Assembly: GCA_963668315.1 (NCBI GenBank)
Contig: OY764216.1
Location: forward strand, 1,760,001 to 1,824,000
Reading direction: 5' to 3'
DNA: 64,000 bases
Source: Spirochaetia bacterium
GTDB taxonomy: Bacteria > Spirochaetota > Spirochaetia > DSM-2461
In this document: positions 39,786 through 47,913 of the stretch, one piece after another
Numbering within the stretch: position 1 is the stretch's first letter
Layout: every line of letters begins with the position of its first letter
The notes under the pieces: model-generated
Told to the model about the DNA's origin: nothing
Seen by the model: only the letters and a program-made list of their open reading frames with translations
Database searches by the model: none
Position numbers and translations under genes: made by a program

Positions 39786-41612
39786 ATGAGGAACCGTTTC
39801 GCCTCCCGATTATTATCTCTCAAGCTCACGGGGCAGTTTATTCTCTTCGGAATACTGGTAAGCTATTTTTCCCTGATCCTTTCGGTGTATTCGGCGGGCA
39901 GGCAGATTATAGAGAACTTCTCCCGGGAATTCGTCAACCGGGCTTCCCTTACCATGGAGTTACACGACGGGGAGTCGTGGCTGGAGAACATGTTCATCAA
40001 CGAACCGGAGAAGGGCCGTGTCCTGCTGGACAGCATACGGGAGATCCCCTTTTTCCAGAACCGGGCCGTAGCCTCCTTTGCCCTTTACAGAAATTCAGGA
40101 GGAGAGGAGGGCTGGCAGGAACTGTTCTCCGACGGGGATGCCATCGAAGGGAGCGATATGAAGGATGAGCACTGGCTAGCCATGCTCGAAGAGGCCACGA
40201 AGGAGGGACGCAACATTAAGCAGCCCCTCTACCTGGGACAGGGGGGACACCGCATCTATCTGGTGAATACCACTCCCCCCCGCAGTCAGTACAACTATGT
40301 GGCCGCCTTGAAAATCGCCCATTTCAATCTCCTCCGCCTTATTCGGGACGAGTGGGCCCGGCTCCGCTACAGTACCCTGGGCGTGGTGATTTTCTCCCTG
40401 ATTCTGGGGCAGCTCTTCACCCGGCCCCTTTCCCGTTCCCTCCGCTCCCTCACCGACAAGGCCCTGTCCGTTTCCCGGGGCGACGAAAAGATCTCTTTCG
40501 CCAACAGCCGATGGGACGACGTGGGGGTTCTGAGCCGGACGATGGACAGCATGACCCACACTCTCAGGCACCGGGCCCGGACTCTGAAAACCATGAACCT
40601 GATAGACCGGGCGGTCCTTTCCTCCCTGTCCCGGGAGGAACTGCTGAAAGAGGTGGCCGATTATATCGCCGAACAGTTTCCCGACTCGGGCGTGGCCGTT
40701 TTGGAAAAGGAGGGCCGGGCCTTCCGGATTCTGGCGCTGCTCCCCGCCGAAGGCGGTTCCGGGGCAACCCGCATATCCTATGACGAGATCAATCTCCCCC
40801 TCATCTCTCCCTCGGATATTTCGGGGACCGATATCTCAAACGACCCCGGTCTGAGACTGCTTTTCGGCCGGGGGAGCCAGAAAAGGCAGACCGTGACCTA
40901 TCCCCTTGTGGTGGAGGAAAATCCCGTGGGGGCCGTCATTATCACAAGGGATAATCTGTCCGAAGAGGACAGGGTGACCCTCCGGATGCTGGCCGATCAG
41001 ACAGGAATCGCCCTCAAAAGTCTTTCCGATTTCAACGCCCGGGAGAGCCTGCACAGGGGGATGCTCCTGGCTCTGACCAGGGCGGTCGACGCCAAATCTC
41101 GCTGGACGGCCGGCCACAGCGAGCGGGTGACCCGTCTGGCTCTGGTTATGGGGGAGAGGCTCGGCGCTGACAAGGAGTTCCTGGATATGATCCGAATCGG
41201 AGGGCTTCTGCACGATATAGGAAAACTGGCCATTCCCGAATCCATCCTTGATAAGCCGGGAAAACTTACCGATGAGGAATACGGCCAGATCAAGGACCAC
41301 CCCCTGCGGGGAGACAGAATCCTCAGGGATATCCCCGGGCTGGACGAGGCGCGCCGGGCGGTCAGGAATCATCACGAAAGATGGGACGGCAAAGGCTACC
41401 CGGACGGGCTTGGGGGAGAGAAAATCCCCCGTATAGCCAGAATCATATCCATTTGCGACGTCTATGACGCCGTAACGGAAGACCGCCCCTACCGAAAGGG
41501 ATTCACCTCCGGCGAAACACGGGCGTTTATGAAGGAAGCCCGGGGAACCATGTTCGATCCGGAGCTTCTGGACATTTTCATCGCTCTTCTCGATGAAGGA
41601 GGCATGGACTGA
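39786..41612 (+). CDS. Membrane HAMP-GAF-HD-GYP phosphodiesterase
   Basis: Two TMs, HAMP, GAF, TAGHSERV, HDIGK, HHERWDGKGYP, DVYDA, RPYR. Confidence 0.92.
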   Translation: MRNRFASRLLSLKLTGQFILFGILVSYFSLILSVYSAGRQIIENFSREFVNRASLTMELHDGESWLENMFINEPEKGRVLLDSIREIPFFQNRAVASFALYRNSGGEEGWQELFSDGDAIEGSDMKDEHWLAMLEEATKEGRNIKQPLYLGQGGHRIYLVNTTPPRSQYNYVAALKIAHFNLLRLIRDEWARLRYSTLGVVIFSLILGQLFTRPLSRSLRSLTDKALSVSRGDEKISFANSRWDDVGVLSRTMDSMTHTLRHRARTLKTMNLIDRAVLSSLSREELLKEVADYIAEQFPDSGVAVLEKEGRAFRILALLPAEGGSGATRISYDEINLPLISPSDISGTDISNDPGLRLLFGRGSQKRQTVTYPLVVEENPVGAVIITRDNLSEEDRVTLRMLADQTGIALKSLSDFNARESLHRGMLLALTRAVDAKSRWTAGHSERVTRLALVMGERLGADKEFLDMIRIGGLLHDIGKLAIPESILDKPGKLTDEEYGQIKDHPLRGDRILRDIPGLDEARRAVRNHHERWDGKGYPDGLGGEKIPRIARIISICDVYDAVTEDRPYRKGFTSGETRAFMKEARGTMFDPELLDIFIALLDEGGMD

Positions 41613-41621
41613 TCCGTCCGG

Positions 41622-42467
41622 TCAGACCTTCGACTTTTCCAGGATAAAGGCCACTTCCTCAGGCCAGAGCTCCTCGTCAATCGTCTCGAGCACCAGGGGA
41701 ATTCCGTCGAACCGGGAATCGGAGGCGATGCGGGAAAAAGCGTCTCGGCCGATATGCCCCTGTCCCAGGCTGTGGTGTCTGTCCACCCGGCTGGCTAACT
41801 CCGATTTGGCGTCGTTCAAGTGCATCCCCTTCAGAAAACCGAACCCGATGATACGCTCGAATTCGCTCCAGACCGCTTCCATGGACTCCTCCGTCCTCAA
41901 GTCGTAGCCGGCGGCGAAAAGATGGCACGTGTCCAGGCAGACCCCTACGCGGGACTTATCCCTGACTCCGTCGATGATCCGGGCGATCTCCTCAAAGCTA
42001 TTTCCCAGATTGGAGCCCTGGCCCGCGGTGTTTTCAATAACCAGAACGGCGCTTTCCGTCTGCTCTATCGTCAGGTTCAGACTCTCCCCGATCCTGTCCA
42101 GGCAGTCCCCCGCTTCCATGGCCTTAAGATGGCTCCCCGGGTGGAAATTCAGATATTTCAGACCCAGCTGCTCCACCCGGCGGACTTCGTCCAGAAAGGC
42201 CGAGCGGGATTTCTCCAGCTTCTCCGCTTCCGGGTGTCCCAGGTTGATCAGGTAGGAGTCGTGAACGAGAATCTGTTCCGCCTCGTATCCGTTCTCTTTC
42301 AGGTTTTCGCGAAAGGAGTGAATGCTCTCTTCTGTGAGAGGCCGGGCTGTCCACTGGCGCTGATTTTTCGAAAACATGCCGAAACCGGTGGCTCCGACTT
42401 TCTTTGCGTTAAGGGGGGCGTTTTCCACGCCGCCCGCTATGCTTACATGGGGACCGATATATTTCAT
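41622..42467 (-). CDS. nfo: Endonuclease IV
   Basis: [41 protein letters not shown]. Confidence 0.96.
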   Translation of the reverse strand: MKYIGPHVSIAGGVENAPLNAKKVGATGFGMFSKNQRQWTARPLTEESIHSFRENLKENGYEAEQILVHDSYLINLGHPEAEKLEKSRSAFLDEVRRVEQLGLKYLNFHPGSHLKAMEAGDCLDRIGESLNLTIEQTESAVLVIENTAGQGSNLGNSFEEIARIIDGVRDKSRVGVCLDTCHLFAAGYDLRTEESMEAVWSEFERIIGFGFLKGMHLNDAKSELASRVDRHHSLGQGHIGRDAFSRIASDSRFDGIPLVLETIDEELWPEEVAFILEKSKV

Positions 42468-42474
42468 GTATCCT

Positions 42475-42822
42475 CTATTTTTCCCCCTCTTCGGGAACAA
42501 TACAGATAAAGGAAAGATCCTCCTTCCCGTCGTTGGCAAACTGATGGAGCTCTCCGCCCTTCACATAAGCCGTATCTCCCGGGGCGACCCTTTTCTCCTC
42601 CCCGTCTATGAACAGTTTGCCCGACCCGCTGATGATATAGTTGATATGGGGCCAGTCATGGGCGTGCCGGGGGGTGAAACCGCCCTCTCCCAGGGTGAAA
42701 ATCCTCATGACCCAGCCGTCCCAGCCCTCCTTCGGGCTTATTCCCACGGCCTTGGCCACGTTTTTCGCGCCTTCCATATTCACAGCCGCTGCCGGCATAT
42801 CCTCTTTTTTCAATAGGGGCAT
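42475..42822 (-). CDS. Cupin domain protein
   Basis: [25 protein letters not shown]. Confidence 0.88.
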   Translation of the reverse strand: MPLLKKEDMPAAAVNMEGAKNVAKAVGISPKEGWDGWVMRIFTLGEGGFTPRHAHDWPHINYIISGSGKLFIDGEEKRVAPGDTAYVKGGELHQFANDGKEDLSFICIVPEEGEK

Positions 42823-42904
42823 AATCATCTCCTTTCATTCGGTGATTCCAGAATAAAAGAAAGGGAGGGGAAAGTCAAACGAGCACATTCCGGTTTTTTC
42901 TTTT

Positions 42905-42982
42905 GGGAGGCCCCGCTGGCGCGGGCCGGGCTTTCCCCTCCAATTCGCCTCATCGGCTCATTTCCGGTACAATCCCTGCCTC
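42905..42982 (+). ncRNA. Flavo-1-like structured RNA / repeat element
   Basis: GGGAGGC-CCCGC/GCGGG hairpin-CCGGGCTTTCCCCTCCAAT...TTTCCGGTACAATCCCTGCCTC. Duplicated TTTCCnnTnCAAT blocks and pairing ends. Resembles the Flavo-1 motif as recalled from memory. Confidence 0.5.
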
Positions 42983-43005
42983 GGCAGGCTGGCGGAGCAT
43001 GTTAT

Positions 43006-43887
43006 TCAGGAGAAGGCCAGCTCCCCCTCAAAGGGAATGGACTCCATGGCACCCGCCCGGGACACGGTCACCGAGGCGGCGAGGGACGCCCTCTCCATGG
43101 CGTCGCCTATGCTCAGACCCCTGACGCGGGAGGCCAGAAAATACCCCAGGAACGTATCACCCGCGGCGGTTGTATCCCTGACTTCGGTTTTAACGGCGGG
43201 GGAGTGGAGTCTTTCCCGTCCCCGGCCGAAGTAGGCCCCCTCTTCTCCGGCGGTCAGGATAATATTCAAACCGGGATAGAGACCGGTCAGTCTGTTCAGT
43301 GTATCTTCCGGTTCTCCTTCTCCGCCGGCCAGATCGCGGCCCTCGATCTCGTTGACGACCAGATACTCAAGCTTCTCCAGGGGCCAGCTCTTCACATCTT
43401 CGGAAAAGGGCGCCGGATTCAGACAGATCTTCATGCCCCTTTCCGAAGCTTTCTCCAGAAGGTAGGGAGTCAGGTTTATCTCATTCTGCAGAACCAGGTA
43501 ATCCCCTTCGCCGAAATAATCCAGAGTCCGGTCCGCGTGGCTTCTGTCGTTATTCCTGTTCCCGCCCCCGAAGAGCACGATCGAGTTCTGTCCGTTCTCG
43601 TCCACCTGTATCAGAGCCTGTCCGGTGGGGCCGTCGTATTCCCGGATGAAATCGGTCCTGACATGGAAGCGTTCCAGCAGCTCCTTCAGCCGGAAGCCGT
43701 CGCTGCCTATTGTTCCCCCGTGCCAGACCTCGGCCCCCGCTTTGGCCAGGGCCACCGACTGGTTGGCTCCCTTGCCCCCCGCCGATGTGACCAGGGAGGA
43801 TGCGGAGAGCGTCTCCCCCGGCGTGACGATATGGGGAACCTGGAAAATAAGGTCGATATTGAGAGATCCGAAGTTGAGAATTTTCAT
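43006..43887 (-). CDS. rbsK: Ribokinase (PfkB family)
   Basis: GSLNID, GGKGANQ, LQNE, NEIE, DTTAAGDTF. Confidence 0.88.
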   Translation of the reverse strand: MKILNFGSLNIDLIFQVPHIVTPGETLSASSLVTSAGGKGANQSVALAKAGAEVWHGGTIGSDGFRLKELLERFHVRTDFIREYDGPTGQALIQVDENGQNSIVLFGGGNRNNDRSHADRTLDYFGEGDYLVLQNEINLTPYLLEKASERGMKICLNPAPFSEDVKSWPLEKLEYLVVNEIEGRDLAGGEGEPEDTLNRLTGLYPGLNIILTAGEEGAYFGRGRERLHSPAVKTEVRDTTAAGDTFLGYFLASRVRGLSIGDAMERASLAASVTVSRAGAMESIPFEGELAFS

Positions 43888-44006
43888 GTTTGATCCGCCT
43901 GAATTTCTTTTTACACATTATACACGGTAAATTGTGACTTTTTTTTTGGAAAAGAAAAAAGTTCTTTTAATATTAATCTCTACACTCTATTATTAGGTCA
44001 GGAAAT

Positions 44007-44306
44007 ATGGACGGCGAAAAATTGAATAAAATTGTTAAGACTTGCGTGAATTGTGGAACCAGCCTGGGACAGCTGAGAGCTACGAAAAGAGCCGGCTGTT
44101 CAGGGTGCTATCAGACATTCGACGAAGAGATAAACAGACTGACCGGCGAACTCTTCTCCCCGGGAGAAGAGGAGGAAGAAATCAGCGGTACCGAACGTGA
44201 ATCCCTGCAGCGTGAACTTGACCGGGCCCTCAAAGAGGAAGACTATGAGCTGGCCGTCCACCTCCGAGACCAACTGGCAGGAATGATTGGAGATGAATTA
44301 CTCTAA
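44007..44306 (+). CDS. Short McsA-like protein (2 CxxC + UVR domain)
   Basis: CVNC, GCSGCY and EEDYELAVHLRD. First gene before mcsB-like and clpC. Confidence 0.8.
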   Translation: MDGEKLNKIVKTCVNCGTSLGQLRATKRAGCSGCYQTFDEEINRLTGELFSPGEEEEEISGTERESLQRELDRALKEEDYELAVHLRDQLAGMIGDELL

Positions 44307-45390
44307 GGAAAATAACTCGCCGCTTATGGAAAAAAGAACGGGATGGTTCTCCCGGAGGGGAGAAATGTATCATACGGTGCTGTCAACCCGGCTGCGCCTC
44401 TCTCGCAATGTGGAAAATTACCGTTTCCCCGGGACCATGGACCGGGAGGAGGGCGATGAACTTCAGGCCGGACTGAAAACCTTTCTTTTAAAAAAGGATC
44501 CCGTCTCGGCCCCTTTCAGCGCCTACTCTCTGGCGGCTCTGTCCCTCCGTGAAAAACTGCTTCTCAGGGAGAGAAACATACTGACATCCCGTCAGATGGA
44601 AAACCGGCGGGGAACCGTCGTCCTGGGTAAGGGGGAAGAGCTTAACTGTCTGCTCTGCGTGGATGATCACGTTCAGATTATAGGCCTGGGGAACGGATAC
44701 TGTCTCCCCTCTCTTTATAATGAAGCAAAAGCTCTTGCCGATGAGGCGGACCGGGAATTCCCCTTCGCCCGTGACGAGGTCCACGGCTATCTGACCAGCC
44801 GGGTGACCGAAGCAGGAACCGGGCTCCGGGCATCGGTTATCATGCAGCTTTCCGCCCTCTCCCTCATGGAGGATATGGACCCCCTCTTTCTGGCGCTTAT
44901 GGAGAGAGGCCTCTGTATCAGGGGATATATGGATGATCAGGAGCAGTCCCGGGGCGGGCTTTACCAGATCTACTGCGGGGGTAACGGCGGCTATAAAAGG
45001 ACAGATGAGATATTGAATAGTTTTTCCGAGGCTGTTAAGATTCTTTCCGAAAGGGAAGAGGCTTGCCGCCGGGAGATTAACAGGGGGCGCTATCCCCAGC
45101 TCGAAGACAGGATATCCCGATCCCTGGGAGTCCTCCGGTACTGCCGGATGATATCCGCCGGGGAAGCGTATAAGCACTTGATGCTGCTGAGGCAGGGAAT
45201 CTGCCTCGGCTGGATAACAGAAATTTCCCTGGAAGCGATTTCGGCATTGGGACTGTTTACGGGACAGGCTCATGTGGAAGGGCTGCTTTCAGAGGAAGGA
45301 ACCGAACCGACTGCCGAACTGGTGGATGAAAGGAGAGCCCGGCTCATACGGGAGACTCTGGACGGAAACCTTTCCTTTTTCGGCGAATAG
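44293..45390 (+). CDS. McsB-like ATP:guanido phosphotransferase family protein (divergent)
   Basis: STRLRLSRN, GYLT...GTGLRAS, IRG, YQI, RARLIRE. Syntenic with clpC. Confidence 0.8.
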   Translation: MNYSKENNSPLMEKRTGWFSRRGEMYHTVLSTRLRLSRNVENYRFPGTMDREEGDELQAGLKTFLLKKDPVSAPFSAYSLAALSLREKLLLRERNILTSRQMENRRGTVVLGKGEELNCLLCVDDHVQIIGLGNGYCLPSLYNEAKALADEADREFPFARDEVHGYLTSRVTEAGTGLRASVIMQLSALSLMEDMDPLFLALMERGLCIRGYMDDQEQSRGGLYQIYCGGNGGYKRTDEILNSFSEAVKILSEREEACRREINRGRYPQLEDRISRSLGVLRYCRMISAGEAYKHLMLLRQGICLGWITEISLEAISALGLFTGQAHVEGLLSEEGTEPTAELVDERRARLIRETLDGNLSFFGE

Positions 45391-45405
45391 GACGCGGAGT
45401 TAATA

Positions 45406-47913
45406 ATGATAAAAGGATTATCCCAGAGGGCCCAGAGGGTCCTGACCGTATTGGCCCAGGAAGAGGCGAGGCGCACCCGTTCCGACCGTCTTTATCCCGA
45501 GCATGTTTTATTGGGAATTCTCAGGGAAAAGGAAGGCAACGGCTATACCGCCCTGACCCGTCTGAATATAGAGAGCCACGAACTCCGGATAGAGCTGGAA
45601 AAGGGTATTCAGGTTGAGCACAAAAGCTTCATCCTGGGCGAAGTTCCCCCCTCTTCCCGGGTAAGGGTTCTTCTGGAAAACGCCGCCAACGAGGCGTCCC
45701 TCCTCAACCATGAATACATCGGCACGGAACACTTCCTCCTGGCCGCCGCCGGAGAAAAAGAGAGCCCCCTGGCTCAGTACTTCAGCCGTTTCAAGCTTTC
45801 CCCCGATATCCTCCGGGGCGTCGTGTACGAGGTGACCAAGGGGGCCAACGGCAATCGCCCCCCCTCTCAGCCCGGAAGGCGTCCGAGCAAGCCGACCTTC
45901 GCCGGCACCGGCGCCCGCGAAGGGGTCAGGGTGAACGGAGAGGAGGGGGGCACCTCCTTCCTCGACCAGTTCTCCCGTGATCTGACCGATATCGCCCGGC
46001 AGGGCGGCCTTGATCCGGTTATCGGCCGGGACAGGGAGATCAACCGTGTTCTCAGAATCCTGGCCCGGAGAAGTAAAAACAATCCGGTGCTTCTCGGCGA
46101 GCCGGGCGTGGGTAAAACCGCCGTCGTGGAAGGCCTTGCCATGCGTATCGCCGACGGTACGGCCCCCGATTTCTTCCTGAACAGCCGGGTCATCAGCCTG
46201 GATCTCGCTTCCCTCGTGGCGGGTACCAAGTACCGGGGCGAGTTCGAGGAGCGGCTCAAGAAAATCATCCGGGAAGTGCAGAAGGCGGGGAACATCATCC
46301 TCTTTATCGACGAACTTCACACCATTATCGGCGCGGGCGGTGCCGAAGGGGCCATCGACGCCTCCAATATGCTCAAGCCCGCCCTTTCCCGGGGCGAGAT
46401 CCAGTGCGTGGGCGCCACCACCCTGAACGAGTATAAGAAGCATATCGAGAAAGACCCCGCCCTGGAAAGGCGTTTTCAGAGCGTTCTGGTGGAGGAGCCC
46501 AGCGCCGAAGAGACAAAGGCCATCCTCAGGGGAATCAAGACCCGCTACGAGGACCACCATAACGTCACCTATCAGGATAACGCCATCGACGCGGCGGTGG
46601 AGCTGAGCTCCCGCTATATTCAGGACCGCTTCCTCCCCGACAAAGCCATCGATCTGATGGACGAGGCCGGATCGTCAAAGCGCATGAAAAATCTGGTGCA
46701 GCCCAATGAAGTGCTGGAACTGGAGATGAAAGTCGCCGACCTGACCGCCGAGAAAATCTCCCTGGTCAATACGCAGAACTACGAGAAAGCCGCCGCCGTG
46801 CGGGATAAGGTACGGGAACTGAAGAAGGAGATCGAGACCCTCCGTCAGAGCTGGGAAAAGACCCTCCGGGAGGAGGAGAACGTCATCACCCGGACGGATA
46901 TTCAGGAGCTGATCGCCGAAGTGACAGGCATCCCCGTGAGCCAGCTGGTTCAGAGCGAATCGGAACGGCTTCTGAAAATAGAGGAGGCCCTCCACCAGAC
47001 GGTGATCGGCCAGGACGAAGCCATCGGCGTTATCGCCTCCTCCATCCGCCGCTCACGGACGGGGCTCAATTCCCCCTCCCGTCCCCTGGGCTCCTTTATC
47101 TTTCTGGGCCCCACCGGAGTGGGAAAAACCCTGCTGGCCAAGACCCTGGCGGAGTATCTTTTCGGCAATTCCGACGCCCTGGTGCGTGTGGACATGTCCG
47201 ATTACATGGAAAAGCACAATATTTCCCGTCTTGTGGGAGCTCCTCCGGGATATGTCGGCTATGAGGAAGGGGGCACCCTGACGGAGAAAATCCGCCATAA
47301 GCCCTACAGCGTCGTTCTTCTCGACGAAATTGAGAAAGCCCACGGCGATGTTTTCAACCTCCTCCTGCAGATTCTGGAAGAAGGGGAGGTGCAGGACAGT
47401 CTGGGCCACCGGGTCTCCTTCCGAAACTGCGTCATTATCATGACCTCCAACGCCGGCGCCCGGCAGATCATGCAGGGAGCGGGAATCGGCTTTTCCCGGA
47501 ACGGCGGACTCATGTCCCATGACGAGCTGACCTCTTCGGCCATGCAGGAACTTAAGCGGATCTTTCAGCCGGAGTTCATCAACCGGATAGACGAGACCGT
47601 GGTATTCCACTATCTGGAGCATCAGCATGTCATGTCCATCCTGGATCTCATGGTGGATGAACTGTGCGAAAGGCTCTCCGATCAGCACATCGAGCTGAAT
47701 CTTTCCTCCCGGGTTAAGGAATATTTGCTCGAAAAGGGCTATGATGTTAACTACGGAGCCCGTCCTCTGCGCCGCCTGATCCAGAAAGAAGTGGAAGATC
47801 CCATCTCTCTGGGGCTCTTAAGCGGAAAATTCCGGGAGAATGATCAGATCCGCGGTGAACTGCGGAACGGACAGATAAATTTCAGGACGGGAAAGACGAA
47901 AAAGGAGGGTTAG
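45406..47913 (+). CDS. clpC: ATP-dependent Clp protease ATP-binding subunit ClpC
   Basis: Double Clp_[12 protein letters not shown] middle domain, [11 protein letters not shown] loop, YGARPLRR. Confidence 0.96.
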   Translation: MIKGLSQRAQRVLTVLAQEEARRTRSDRLYPEHVLLGILREKEGNGYTALTRLNIESHELRIELEKGIQVEHKSFILGEVPPSSRVRVLLENAANEASLLNHEYIGTEHFLLAAAGEKESPLAQYFSRFKLSPDILRGVVYEVTKGANGNRPPSQPGRRPSKPTFAGTGAREGVRVNGEEGGTSFLDQFSRDLTDIARQGGLDPVIGRDREINRVLRILARRSKNNPVLLGEPGVGKTAVVEGLAMRIADGTAPDFFLNSRVISLDLASLVAGTKYRGEFEERLKKIIREVQKAGNIILFIDELHTIIGAGGAEGAIDASNMLKPALSRGEIQCVGATTLNEYKKHIEKDPALERRFQSVLVEEPSAEETKAILRGIKTRYEDHHNVTYQDNAIDAAVELSSRYIQDRFLPDKAIDLMDEAGSSKRMKNLVQPNEVLELEMKVADLTAEKISLVNTQNYEKAAAVRDKVRELKKEIETLRQSWEKTLREEENVITRTDIQELIAEVTGIPVSQLVQSESERLLKIEEALHQTVIGQDEAIGVIASSIRRSRTGLNSPSRPLGSFIFLGPTGVGKTLLAKTLAEYLFGNSDALVRVDMSDYMEKHNISRLVGAPPGYVGYEEGGTLTEKIRHKPYSVVLLDEIEKAHGDVFNLLLQILEEGEVQDSLGHRVSFRNCVIIMTSNAGARQIMQGAGIGFSRNGGLMSHDELTSSAMQELKRIFQPEFINRIDETVVFHYLEHQHVMSILDLMVDELCERLSDQHIELNLSSRVKEYLLEKGYDVNYGARPLRRLIQKEVEDPISLGLLSGKFRENDQIRGELRNGQINFRTGKTKKEG

